From Vicugna vicugna (taxonomy: Eukaryota): a DNA stretch of 64,000 nt. The DNA is taken from assembly GCA_013265495.1 (NCBI GenBank), contig MU058418.1:2010917-2074916 (forward strand), read 5' to 3'. The notes under the pieces are model-generated. The model was given only the letters and a program-made list of their open reading frames with translations, was not told the DNA's origin and did no database searches. Both the position numbers and the translations under genes were made by a program. The first letter of the stretch is position 1. Every line of letters starts with the position of its first letter. Positions 1 to 12,950 of this stretch are shown in pieces.

Positions 1-741
1 TGTATTGACATTGACTATGAATACCATATATAGTAAGTGAAAAAATAATGAGATTAGAAAAAAGTATTTGTAATATGATCTCATTTTGGAGAAACAGGAA
101 AAAACAACTGATTTACATATAAGATAGTTGAATTAAATCTACATTTTTCTCATCAGCCTTAGAATGTTCCAGATTGTAGAAAAATAAAGAAACATTATTA
201 ATGTAAGCCTCTGCATATTTCACCAAATTCAAGTAAATCTCCTTCCACACTAAGCCTGTTATTTTTAAATTGTTGCCTGATTGCTCCCTATGGGATATCT
301 CCTAAAAGGCCTCCAAAACTTAATTTTTGTTAATCAGGCATCTAGTCTATGTAACTCCAAAGGACTGACCTGAAAAGAAAGCAAAGATGGAGACCAAAAT
401 GCTTTACATCTTACTTTTCAGTTGTAACAATGTAACATCTTTGGTGAGAAATAAACTGATTTTCGTTTATTCCATTTTCAAATTCCCACCTGTAGTCTGT
501 TTCTGAAGAGCACTGTATTTTCTATGTACTATTTCTTTAGGTGAGAATTTGCAATCATCTTTTAATTAAAAAAATGTTTTCCTTCTTTTTTATATCACTT
601 TTTAATCTGGAATATTCCTGGTGACACACTTTAGATTTGTTTATCTTAATGGGGAATTTTTTAAAGTATGAATGTCTTAATTCATCATGTGGCCTTTAAA
701 TAAACATATATAACATATAACATTAAATATACCTAATTCTA

Positions 742-917
742 AGGGGGACAGTATAGCTCAAGTGGTAGAGCACATGCTTAGCATGTATGAGGTCATGGGT
801 TCAATTCCCAGTACCTCCTCTAAAAATAAAGAAAGAAATAAACCTAATTACCTCTCCCCACAAAACAAACAAACAAACAGAATAAACCCAAAGAAATTTA
901 AAAATATATATATTTAC
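742..917 (+). mobile_element. tRNA-Ala-derived SINE (camelid vic-1-like), long-tail type
   Basis: A box TAGCTCAAGTGG, B box GGTTCAATTCC, A-rich tail. Perfect 15-bp TSD ATATACCTAATTCTA at 727-741 and 918-932. Confidence 0.88.
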
Positions 918-1019
918 ATATACCTAATTCTAGATGAATTTTACAAAGGCAGATAAACAAAATTTTGGACATTCTGATTTAATGTTACACTTAAGTTCTA
1001 TTTAAGGTTTTAAACTCAC

Positions 1020-4000
1020 CTCCTCCTTGTACCCAACCATTCCGCACTACTCGATGAAAAATTGAACCTGTGTAATGTAGCCTGATGCCACTTTGGGAGA
1101 ACCCTGCTTTTCCTGTGCACAAGACCTGAAAATTTTTACATGTTTTGGGACATGTATCACAGTATAGCTACAAAATAAAGATAGAAGGTTTAAAAGATTA
1201 AACATTTAACATTTTGACAGTTAGAGATTCTTACTCCCCCCAGCTTGTTTAAAAAAAAAAAACCACCCACCCAAAACCTCTTACCTCAAAAATTAATCTT
1301 CCAATTGGATAAAAATCAATAGAAATGTCCAAGAACACAAAATCATGCTATTAAAATCAAGGAAAAAAAGGTAATGCAGGTCAATGTTTTGGAAGAAGTT
1401 CGTACAAATGACCAGAATTATAACAGAATAATGTTTTCAGTGATAAGATGATTAACAGCATAAAGAGTGGATAATGTAACAGCAAAATGAAAAGAATGAC
1501 TTAAATAAGTTTGTTTTATTTTATTATACCAAGTTTTACAACCTGAATAACATGCTTTTTAAAACCCTTCAATAGCAAAGCTATGAATAACATTAACCTA
1601 TCACACAAGACTGAGAACACACGGCCTAGATCTCCACTGCATTGCAGACTAGGTGTGGAAAGGAACATTAGTCAGGCCCTTTGGGAAAAGCAGCAGACTG
1701 GGAATTCTTTTCTTTCCTGAGTAATTCTGGGAAAGGACCCAACGTGAGTCCCATGGATTTGGTTACTGTGTGTTGTGGACTTTCAGAGAGTGTACAGATC
1801 AGCTAAGTAGGGCTAGGCCAAAGTCTTTCTGAGTAGGAAGATAAGGCCACTCTATGCATAGAAGGGGCAATACGAGGGGTAGGAAAGAGAGGAAACTATG
1901 CTTTCGAGTTATTTCATTCATGTTACCAGATGCCTCCCGCTCTTATTTTCAATTGACATCCTTTCTAGTAGAGACAACACTTTTGAGCCCTACAAAGAGG
2001 CAACCGAAATCAAAACACTCTTCCCCATCACAGTAGCATTCATTTAGGGAGCAGGACAAATCTAACGACTACATTTCAACTCATACATAAAAATGCTGCC
2101 TGATATAACAAGGCACATAGTTTGCCCTGCCCTATTTCTTAAGAATCTAGGAGATATAAATGAAATCACTTTTAAATGTATCACTATCATTATTTTATGT
2201 CACTCTAAGCTTTTTTTTTAATTAAAAGACTGAAATGATATTATAATGTCTGGCACCCAGGAATGAGGTATTACACCCATGCTAATTATAATTAATGGGT
2301 TTGTGCCTCTCGGCTTCTGTACTACAAGTTCTTAATTATAAAAGTATATTATAACTTTGGCAGGGTGGGAATAGCTCGGTGGTAGAGTGTGTGCTTAGCA
2401 TGCATGGGTTCCTGGGTTCAATTCCCAGTACCTCCATTAAAAAAAAATTTAAAAAAAAGAATGCTATAACTTTAAAATAAGTGGCAATAATATAGGAAAC
2501 TTCACAGGCATAGGAAGAAAAAGAGGATGTATTAGAACTCATGATTGACTTATGAAATGAGTGAGTCCATTGAGGCATCAATAAACTTCTCTGGGCATCA
2601 ATATATTATCTTTATGTGGTTGTCAAGAGTACATAATTCTAAAAATTCTAATGAAAAGAGAGCAAATGACTGTAACACAGGTAATGTCACCTAGCAGCCA
2701 AACCTAATTGTCTTGTATATCATTCCAAACAAGTCCCTGGGTTTTACTCAGCACGAAGAATCTAGGACCTGTGCAAAAAATCCGAGGATATTCTCTGGAA
2801 CCTGGGTCCTCTCTCCTCACTGCCACTAATTAATTCAGGCTGTCATTATTTCAAGCCCACACTACTATAGCAACTTTCCAAATGGTCACCCTGCCACCAA
2901 GCTTTCCCCACTCCACCCTGTTGGGACACAGCCCTAAAAATTTTTCCAGAACAGGGAAGAGGATTATGTCATACTCTTCATGAAAAGTTCTGTCAGCTCA
3001 GCTTCCTTCTGGATAAAATCTAACTTCTTGGTTCACAATGGACAGTTAATTCAACCTTTCTTTAGTGGATCTGTTTGTTTTAACACCTAAGCACCTTTCC
3101 TATTTGGGAAACTCTCCACAGGGTGGCACCAGCCGCTGCAGAACATTCTCCCCCCGCCCCTGCTCTGTGAGAGCCAGGCTGTGGGGATATGACCTGGGCT
3201 CTCGACTAGTCAGGTGCTCCTGCCTGGGGCCTTGGATCTCCAGGGAGTGACGGAGACCCAAGAGAGCTGAGAAGTTACGTTTGGTGAAGGCGGCAGTGTG
3301 AACCCAGGGCCAGCAGACACCACAGCAATGTCCTGCCTCCATAAGCCTGGGGTGTGCCTCCAGCCATGTTTTTCTGCTTCCAGGCCTCCCCTGGTTCCTG
3401 CCTGCTTTCCAGAGCTGGTTCTCCAGCTTTCCTGTCAATTGCAAGGTTACCAACAACCTTTCAATACATACTTTTCCTCTTTCAGTTAAGCAGAACAGCT
3501 TGGTATTGTTGGGACCAAGAATCCTGACTGATCCTCTCATTTTCCCAATGTTAATTTCCTCCCCAGAGTTTCCAGCATTTCCTAAGTGCATTGAGCACCT
3601 CTGACATTTCAGACTCTTGTTTGAGGCAGTGGTTAAAGAAGGATGAACGAGGCAAGTCTTTGCCTTTGCACAGCTCTAGCACTGGGTCTTTCTGTGAGCA
3701 CAGGCCATCATGGGCCCGAAACGATTTTCAGCACGTGGTAGCCGTTGCTACAAGGTTTCTGAGCAAAATTACAAAATACTTTCCCCTCTGTTGCCATTCC
3801 GCCCTGATGTCTGCCTCTTGCCCTCTGGACCTCAAGCTTCATGACTGTCCTCTGCCATTGGAAACCTCCCCAATGCCACAGCTTGTCTAGTCCTGCTCTC
3901 CCCAACTATGTCATGCTTTAAAATGTCACCTTTCTTCTCAAACTTTCCATTCTCTTAGTGTTAGAAAGAGAATGGAAACTCACTTAGGTGTTAGTATTAA

Positions 4001-7000
4001 TTTCAGTATTTCATACGAAAGGTGAATGAAGGATAGGCTTAACCTTCTCTGAGGTGGGGGAGGGTCTTTATATTTTAAAATGGGTGATAATTCATGCATT
4101 ATAAGCTTCTGATGGGAAGTAGAAATGTTTGAACAGGGATGTGCTTCTCCCTGTGCTGTCTGCCTGCTGCTTTACACACCACCTGCTGGATTATAATCCT
4201 TTGCAACTGGATCATAAGGTCATTGAAAACCTAAAACCTAGTCTTCTCCTTTTCCATAGTCCCTTTGCCAGATTATCAGTAATTAATGCTGAATCAATAT
4301 AAGTGCTCAAAGATTCCACTATTTTTCTTTAAAAATGAGTATAACTTGCCTTGGTGTCTCTTAAGAATTTGGCAGAATAATCCATTGTAAGTGCTTCATA
4401 AAGTGCAGGGGACTTAAAATCAACTATATTCCACACCTTGTGGGCCCATTTCTGAAGATCAAGGGCATTGCCGAGGAGCTGATCATTAATAAAACACATC
4501 ACATAGGCAGAATATTCCCAGATTTCATTCTTAAGTTCCTGTAAAGGAAAAGGACCAGAAAAATGTAATGGGGGAAAAAAACGAAAACCAAAAAACCTTG
4601 CTTAACCTGTAAGTCAGAGCTTGGGATCAAACCTAGGACTGAATCTTTTGAAAATATATTTTTTGCCATCTTTCAGAATTTTACTCTCAAAAGGGATTTA
4701 AGAACATTTTCAAGAAACTGACATTGCTGGAATCAAAGAATGACCTAAAAGTGATCTTTAAAATGGTACCACCTTAGAAAATAGATGGTAATCTGGTAAT
4801 AAAAATCTGTGTGTGCGTAGCATACTTGCTATATTAATTTGACAAGAAAATGCAGTCCTCTAGCTTCATTTCTGGAGCATATTTTACGGTGTGCATACTT
4901 GGTTTGGGGTCCTAAGTAAGACATGGTTTTCAATGCCAAGGATTGAAAGAGTGCTTTTTAATGGAGGGAAATCAGAGCAGGTGAGGAAATGCCTCCTCAG
5001 GCCAGTAGGGGCTTCCGGGGGCACACCCGAGGCACTGAGGAAGAGAATTCACTTTTGTCAACACTTAAGTCTAAGCCCCTCAAAATGAAGTCCATTTGTG
5101 TTTTCATCCACACAACATTGATGGCCAACCTCCAAAATCCCAGAGCATGGCCACTGAATAATGTCCTCTCCTTAAGGAGATCTGGTTTATTATCACCTAG
5201 TGCCAGTCCTGGCAAAACCATGCATCATCTGGGACAGCTGTTCTCCAGTTTTAGTGTGTAGTCAGAATTACAGGTTCCTGAGTCCCACCAGGAGCTTCTG
5301 ATTCTGGGATGGGGTCTGACCATTTGCATTTCTAACAAAATCCCAGGAGGCCTGCCGCTGCTGGTCTGGAGACTGTACCTGGAGAAGTGTGGGGTTGAGA
5401 AACAGTTTACCTTCAGCTGCCAGCATGCTCCATTCCTGGCTCCTCTCTCAGGAGAAGCTCACGTCTGATTCCTCACTTCCTAAACTTCATCATGCTGAAC
5501 TTTCAACCACAGAGTAAGTTATGGGTCAGTTTAAATTTATCAGGGTTCTCACATTTTATAGGACATAGAACTTTAAAAAGGGGAGAAGTTTAGTTATGGA
5601 CATTTTAGTTAGCCTGGTGGGAGCAATGCAATAGCAGGTACACTTTATTTAGAGGCTGAAGATGATTTTTTTTTTATTGAAGTATAGTTGATTTACAGCA
5701 CTATGTTAGTTTCAGGTGTAAAGTGGTTCAGTTATACATATATGTATAAATACCTATTCTTTTTCAGATTCTTTTCCATTTTAGGTTATTATAAGATACT
5801 GAATTTAGTTCCCTGTACTATACAGTAGGTCCTTGCTGTTTGTCTATTTTGTATATAGTAGTGTGTATCTGCTAATCCTAAACTCCTAATTTATCCCTCC
5901 CTACCTTCCCCCTTTGGTAACCATAAATTTGTTTTCTACATCTGTGAGTCTGTTTCTATTTTGTAAAGAAATTCATTTGTATCACTTCTTTACGATTCTA
6001 CATATAAGTGATATCATATGATACTTGTTTTTCTCTGACATACTTCACTTAGTATGATAATCTCTACATCTATCCATGTTCCTGCAAATGGCATTATTTC
6101 ATTATTTTTTATGGCTGAGTAGTATTCTACCTTCTTTATCCATTTATCTGTCGTTGATCATTTAGGTTGCTTCCATGTCTTGGCTCTTGTAAATAGTGCT
6201 GCTATGAATGTTGGGGTGCATATATCTTTTTGAATTAAGAGTTTTTGTCTTTTCCAGATATATGCCCAGGAGTGAGATTGCTGGATCAAATGGTAACTCT
6301 ATTTCTAGTTTTTTAAGGAACCCCCATACTGTTCTTCATACTGGCTGCACCAATTTACATCTCCAACAACAATGTAAGAAGGTTCCCTTTTCTCCACATC
6401 CTCTTCAGAATTTATGTGATGATGGACATTCTGACTGGTGTGAAGTGACACCTAATTGTAGTTTTGATTTGCATTTCTCTATTAATTAGCAATGTTGAGC
6501 ACCTTTTCATGCGCCTATTGGCTATCAGTATGTCTTCTTTGGAGCAATGTCTATTTAGGTCTTCTGCCCATTTTTTTGATTGGGTTGTTTGGTTTTTTTT
6601 TAAATATTGAGCAATATGAATTGTTGGTATATTTTGGAAATTAATCCCTTGTCAGTCACATTGTTTGTAAGTATCCCATCCTGTAGGTTGTCTTTTTTTT
6701 TCAGATTCCACATATAAGTGATAACATATGGCATTTTTCTTTCTTTTTCCAGCCCACTTCACTTAGAATGATGATTTTCAGGTCCATCCATGTTGCTGCA
6801 AATGGTATTATTTTATTCTTTTTTGTGGCTGAGTAGTATTCCATTGTATATATGTATCACATCTCCTTCATTCAGTCATCTGTTGATGGATATTTGGGTT
6901 GTTTCCATGTCTTGACTATTGTAAATAGTGTTGCTGTGAACATTGGTGAGCATGTGTCTTTTTTAATTTTATTTTTCTCCAGGTATATGCCCATGAGTCG

Positions 7001-10000
7001 GATTGCTGGATCACATGGTGGGAAGTCTATTTTTAGTTTTTTAAGGAACCTCTGTACTGTCCTCCACAGTGGCTGCACCAATCCTTTTTGACAGGAGGTA
7101 GTTTTATCAACTTGTAGAACAAGCCACCAAAGTTAGACTCATACTCTCAGAGACTGGGAGATGGGAGTGCTATTTCCTTCGATGACATTTCAAACAGATG
7201 TTTCCCAGATCCTTGAGGTATTCCTGGGTTGTAAAATAATAGGGTCAGCAGAAAATCAAAGGTGGAATGAGGCATCCATAACCATATAGTTTATTATCCA
7301 ACCAAGATACTTCTTTTTCATTTCCTCTGTGCTTAGTCTAGTTTCATTTGCTTATAGGGTGCTGTGTGCAGAGGCCTTGTGCTTGGCTTGGAAGCTGAAG
7401 ATTAAATGCCTTGTCTGTGTGTCTTCTGTATATGAGAAGCCCTCCTCACCTGCCTCAAGACAGTGGGCTGGACCTTATTGTTTTTTAGGGCTTTCTAGCA
7501 CTAACATGTAAGATGCTGCCTTTTTTGGAGTGGGAAGAAAGGCTTTCTGAAAGGCTCTGAGGCCATCCCTCAGGTGTGGTATTACATTCTGCTGAAGCAT
7601 AAGGCCACCTCAGATCTAACCTCTAATGTGCAAAGATGCACTACATATGCCATAAGACAATGCTTATATAGAAGGAGGACAAAAAACTGGCCTGAAAAGG
7701 AGGAAGAGATTAAGGTGGCAAGTGTACAGGAGATGAGGGTGGGGGAGGGAAGAAGGAGTAAAGAACATGTGGGAAGAGGCAGCCTGGGAAGCCTCATTCA
7801 GGCCCCATAAGAAAAACAGGAGGAAGAGAACACAAACCATCTCAAGGTCAGTCACCCAGGCTGACAAGGGCCGGAAATTGTGGAATGGAATGCACACCAA
7901 TCCTTCAGAGTACGGTGGGAGTATGTAAGGGGAATGGGTACAGACCACAAAGTGTGAAATCATGGCTGTCCTGCATGTGGAGAGCATGATACAATAAGTA
8001 GTAGAGGAAGTTTGATGATAAAAATTAAGAAACATATTGTTTTATGTTAGAGTGCCCAACCACCATTGTTTGCCTAGGGTTATCTCAGCTTTAGCATTAA
8101 AATTCCTGCACCCCAGCAAACCTCTCAGATTCAGGAAAACCAGTACCCTTGGCCACCCCAGTTCTTATAAGGGTTTGAGTCAGTATTTATAGAAGCCATT
8201 AGAATCATGTCTGGCATATAGTAAGTGCCATATGTAAATGTTTGCTATGGTTCTATTTGAATTCCAATGCAAATGTATTATGGCTATGAAAATGGTAAGA
8301 GACTAACAAATGTTACCCTTGACTCAGTCTTGGGCCGTTCATGTGACTGAGCAGAGAGTGAAGTGGTCACATAAAGCAACACTATCTGCATGATAATCAC
8401 AAGGTCACAAGACGTCCTTGTGCAACCAAGCACAGAACAATCAAAACTGCTCTGGTCAGGGGAAATGGGATTTCATCAGCCACTGGGAGATGGGGCAGAG
8501 TAAGGAAACCTGGACTGGGACTCTCTATAGGCCTGGGCCAGAGGTGACAAGCAGGATATTCTTGTGTATTCATTCCAGCCTGTCCTCTGAGATATATCTG
8601 AGCCAGGATGTCACCTTAGAATCCTTATCACATATTCCAGGCAGCACTACCAACTAATCTGGTTGGCACCTAAGAGGAAATCAATCAGCCATGCTTGGAC
8701 AAGCTCTGCTAGTCTTAGGGTCTGGGGTTCTCCAAGGGTACTGTTAGAGGGGAGAAGGCAGGCTTGCAGCTTCCTACAAGGCAACCCTGTGGGAACTTGG
8801 TGCCTGCCATCAGAGCTCTCCTAGGCAACAGCCCCACACAAGCAAGCTCCCATGCTATATCTACATCAGCAGGGGTAAACTGCAGCACTGAGAGTTTAAA
8901 ACTTACCTTTATCACATGCCTTCCAAAAGAAAATCCTGTAAATGTATTACTTTTTCTTAAAATCAGCCTGCTAAATGATTGAATTAATAGAGGAAAAGTG
9001 CCTAATTTAGAGAAATAAAATCTAGTTGCATTAAAACGACTGCTTCAGTTTTTCCAAAACAATGCATAAGTACATAATTCAGGCAAAACTTTGCTTATTT
9101 CCCATACCCCAAATATCCTTTACCCTTTTTTTCTCCTGTAGATATTGATCCCATGCAAATTCTTGAACAGGAATTATTATAGGATCTTCAAATCTGGATG
9201 GATAATTACTCTTCAAATTCTATGTTTCAAAATAGAATAATTATTTTAGAGTAGGTTCTCTTTTAAAGTAGAAATCATTATCCCACCCCCTTTTTTATAG
9301 TATCTCCAGAAAATTTTATACAACATACACACAGCTCTCACAGTCTTAGATGCCCCTTGTCAGCTCCCAGAAGCCCCTCTGCTTCCCTCCATTAAGTCCC
9401 TCCCCGGACCACACTTATTTGTCTCTGATCTGGAGAGAATAAGTTCCTTGAGGACAAAGAGGATGTCTTAGTATCCCACTGGCCTCAAGATCTGGCATAT
9501 AGTGGACCATCCTCACATAACAACTGAATAAACAAATGAAAAAAATGAGTTTTGTGATCTACCATGTTCTTTTAGGATTAGTTTTTCCCTAAATTACGCT
9601 CTTACTAAACCTCAGTAGATCTTTGGATACTTTTGACAAAATGTTTTGAAGAAATTTATTGCTTTAATTCACTGACATATGACCAAAAGGATGACAGAGT
9701 GACCAAAAGGATATTGTTGTGCTCTACCCCTTGGGAAAAAGAGAAGTAAATATTAAATATGTTTTGGTCTAGATATTGAGCACGTATTGATTTAACATAT
9801 TTTGTTTTGTCTGTGTGAATCTGAGAAAATTCTTACTGGTTAACAATCTCTGACCAAAAAAAAGTTTTGGTTCCTGATATGTTCCACTTTGCCTCCTCCT
9901 AAAGCAAGAGAAGGCAGCTGAGGCAATAGTAGTGAGGCCTCACTTTCCTGAGCAGGTATGAGAGTAAATAGGCCAACAGGGAAGTGTCAGCTGGCTGCTT

Positions 10001-12081
10001 CTGTCGTGGTCTAAGAGGACACTGGCCTGGCACACTTCATCAAGGATGAATATTCCAAAGGGGTAAAAGGCAGGATGTGAGTGTACCATGCCTGGGGACC
10101 AGGGGTAGCAGAACAGGGCAACAGCAATCTGGCCGTTTCCTTCTTAGACTGCTGTAGCCAACCCACAGCTGATGTGTCCTTTTTCTCAATTCCAGTGTCT
10201 GTGCTCTGTCTCAGCTGGTCATGCAGGATGACTGCTGTTTCTCACTGAGGGACTACTTGGCATAAAAACTAATAAGCCCAATAGTTTTGGAATTAAGGCT
10301 ACTTAATCATACTTTCTTCATAATATAGTGTCTGTTTCAGAATGGACTACATCCAAATTAGAATATATGTAATACTTACCCTATAAATCTAAATCTTTGT
10401 CAGTTAATTAAGGCACAGGGATTGCTCACAAATGATCATGTTGGGAATATATTCAAGGATCCTTTACTAAGATAGAACTGATGTGACACTGACACGTTTT
10501 CATATTCAAACAGAGGTATAGTAGGCAAAAGCTTAAGAAAGTGAAAATTAACATTACTAATTGTTTTCTTAACCTAACGTCCTCTGCAACAGGGGTTGGC
10601 GAGCTGTGGCCAGCAAGTCACATCTGGACCACTGCCTGTTTTTGTAAGACTTGAGAGCTAAGAATAATTTTTAGAGTTTTAAACAGTTGAAAAAAATCAT
10701 GTCATGTGAAGTTACATGCAAGTCAAATTTCAGTGTCCATAATACATTTTTATTGGAAAACCACCGTTCATTTATATACTGTCTATAGCTGCTTTTAGCA
10801 CAAGGGCAGAGTTTAGTAGTGACTAAGAGCCTATGGCCCCGAAGGCGTAATAACTTTTTATGTAGACGACTTTACAGAAAAAAATTTGCCAACATCTCTA
10901 CAGTGTGGAGAACATGTGCCTTCAGAAAAGGAGCTAAGAAAAACAAAAGACAAAAAGAAAAAATCCCTTAAACTCATTAAACACAACCTGGGTCTTAAAA
11001 CTTTGCTGATCCTATCAGCCTAGCTAACACAGTCCATAATTTCTACTTCTTTTGATGATCCATGTATCCTTTTCACAGACTGAACACTGTTCTCTCCATT
11101 TTGATGTAAGTTTTATCTACTTCACAAATTAGTTACTATTTCCTGAATTTATATAAATACAAACTTTAACTCTGTGAACTTAGACAGGCAAGAGGATAGG
11201 AATTTCTTAAGATTTCTTCTATTTGGGAACATTTTGTGTCAAGTATCCAGCTGGGTACTTTGGGAGATACGAACATGAATAAGACATTTTCCTGGAATCT
11301 GGTAGGGTTTTGAAGGAGAGAAGCTTGGCACAATCTTACCGTCCCATTGCTGTAGCAAACCCCAAAGACGTGCTGAATTCTACATTTCAACATTTCATAC
11401 ATTTCTGCATTTTTCCAGCATTAGGGTTATAAGTGTGCTGCAGCATTACTGACCTGGCCAAATTCTTCCCGTTAAAGTGTTTTTCCTTAACTCTTTTAAG
11501 CACCTATTCGATTATAATGCGGTGGCTGCTATGGGAAATTTAAAGAAAAAAAAAACCCTCCCAAATGAATAGTTTTCAAAAATTACTTGGGGAGGGAGTT
11601 TGTAAAAAAAAAAATCAGCTAGTTATATGGCAACATTTTTTCCCAAGAAGTTGTAAAATCTATAATTTTAATTAAAAATTAATGTGGAATAAAATCTGTG
11701 GTAATGTAGAGGGAGGAATCACTTTTATTCCCACGAAGGTTTTTATGCTTCCTTTGCTCGGATCGCCCTTTAAAGGTAGCCCTTCTCGAAGGGAAAACTC
11801 CCGCCCGGACCGGCACTTGTTCCCTGCACGCTTGGATCCACCGAGAAGTAGCCCACCTCAGCCGGGACCGCCTCCCTGAACAGCAACTCCCGCTACCGGA
11901 AGGCGAAAAACCCGGAAGCGGGAAGGGCAGCCCGCATTTGTGGTTTCTTCACGGTTACCTCAGCGGCGCTCTTCGCAATCTGAAAGCTGGAGCTTTTGAA
12001 GAGCCCCACTACCTTCACCTGCAGCGGCTGCTCGGGCGGCGACTGCGAGCTGCACGGGACCGATTGCTGTGTGCTCGCCAT
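1020..12081 (-). CDS. PPIL6: Peptidyl-prolyl cis-trans isomerase-like 6 (cyclophilin family), exons 1-5; 3' part lies beyond the left window edge
   Basis: Coding exons on minus: 11959-12081 (MASTQQ...[21 protein letters not shown]), 9124-9219 ([13 protein letters not shown]...QYLQEKKR), 4350-4538 (ELKNEIWEY...KFLRDTK), 1285-1347 ([21 protein letters not shown]), 1020-1167 ([22 protein letters not shown]...[13 protein letters not shown]). Phases are consistent, the cyclophilin motifs are present, and intron 3 has a GC donor. Confidence 0.95.
2359..2460 (+). mobile_element. tRNA-derived SINE (vic-1-like), short type
   Basis: TAGCTCGGTGGTAGAG...GGTTCAATTCCCAGTACCTCC plus A tail. Flanking repeat TATAACTTT at 2350-2358 and 2465-2473. 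Confidence 0.85.
3070..3530 (+). mobile_element. Degenerate MaLR LTR (MLT1-type)
   Basis: The 3' end TTCAATACATACTTTTCC...GTTAAGC...ACCAAGAATCCTGACTGAT resembles an MLT1 LTR terminus. Confidence 0.55.
5237..5400. mobile_element. MER5A-like hAT DNA transposon
   Basis: TTCTGATTC...TTTGCATTTCTAACAA...GCTGCTGGTCTGGAGAC signature. Similar copies at ~41600-41760 and ~45880-46025. Confidence 0.65.
5666..7082 (-). mobile_element. Two adjacent LINE-1 3'-end fragments (5666-~6690 and ~6692-7082)
   Basis: A poly-T start followed by antisense L1 3'UTR and ORF2 C-terminus. The minus ORF 6872-7081 ([17 protein letters not shown]...[20 protein letters not shown]) is the L1 ORF2 C-terminus. Confidence 0.9.
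8048..8160. mobile_element. MER81-like hAT MITE
   Basis: TAGAGTGCCCAACCACC...TTGGCCACCCCA imperfect terminal inverted repeats, about 110 bp. Confidence 0.55.
10588..10900. mobile_element. MER58-like hAT (Charlie) DNA transposon
   Basis: CAGGGGTTGGCGAGCT...TTTACAGAAAAAAATTTGCCAAC termini. Confidence 0.7.
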
Positions 12082-12950
12082 GGCGGCGCGCGGGGACTCC
12101 TCCGACCACAAACAGTGCGCGTCGCCGGGGTAACCGCGCTGCCCCGCCCCCGCCGCCGTCAAGGAGGAGGGGCCGAGGGGCGGGCCGAGGGGCGAGAAGG
12201 GCGGCGAAGGCCCGGCTTTTCCTCAACTTTGAGCCTGTTGCTAGTGAGCCGGGAAAGAGGCGGGAGAGGACTCGCGGGCGACCGCCTCCAGTGACGAGTT
12301 TCGGGGAGAAGGTACAGGAGCCCGCGCCCCGTGTGCCTCTGCCCGCCTCGCTGCCCGCCCGGGCCCCCTCTGCGACCACCTGCCTGCCCAGGGTCCTCGG
12401 GCTCTTCCGTCGCCTCCAGTCAGCGCCCAATTTCGCCGCAAATCGCCTTTCCGGGTTGGCGCGCGGCCAGATTGGGGCCAGCCGGCCGGTTGCCGGGGTA
12501 ACGCGGGAGTCTGTCCCCCGTCGCGCGGGCTTCGGGGCCGCGGCCCTCCTAGGAGCGGGAGGGCTGGGCGACCACTTGTGCGCCTTGCCCCGGGAGGAGT
12601 GCCGCCCGCCCCTGTCCCCACCGTTGCCGTCGCTGCGGAGGCCCAGCGTCCCCGAGCGTCCCCGCCATGAAGCCCAACTTCTCCCTGCGACTGAGGGTCT
12701 TTAACCTCAACTGCTGGTGAGTGCGTCTGCTGACCCGGACCTGGGGCCGCCGTCCCGCTTGCTCCCACACAGCCAAAGGAAGAAGGCCTTGCTCACATCC
12801 GGGCCGCGGCTCCGCTCGGTCCTACAACCTCGGGGTTGCGGGGACCACCCGCACCTCCAGGACGCACACCTGGCCCCAGCTCCGGTAGTACCCGGAGCGC
12901 AGGGCACCCCCAGCCGTCACCTCCCCTGGCCCTTCTTGTCCGCAGGGGCA
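11790..12950. promoter_or_regulatory. CpG island / bidirectional promoter of PPIL6 and SMPD2
   Basis: Very GC- and CpG-rich. Divergent start codons at 12081(-) and 12667(+). GC boxes, CCGGAAG ETS motifs (11896-11902, 11912-11918) and X-box-like motifs (12121-12134, 12489-12502). Confidence 0.9.

Noticed and set aside
742..820. tRNA-like sequences with A and B boxes (also 2359, 37750, 46472, 60222)
   Set aside because: A-rich tails, TSDs and divergence between copies show they are SINEs, not tRNA genes.
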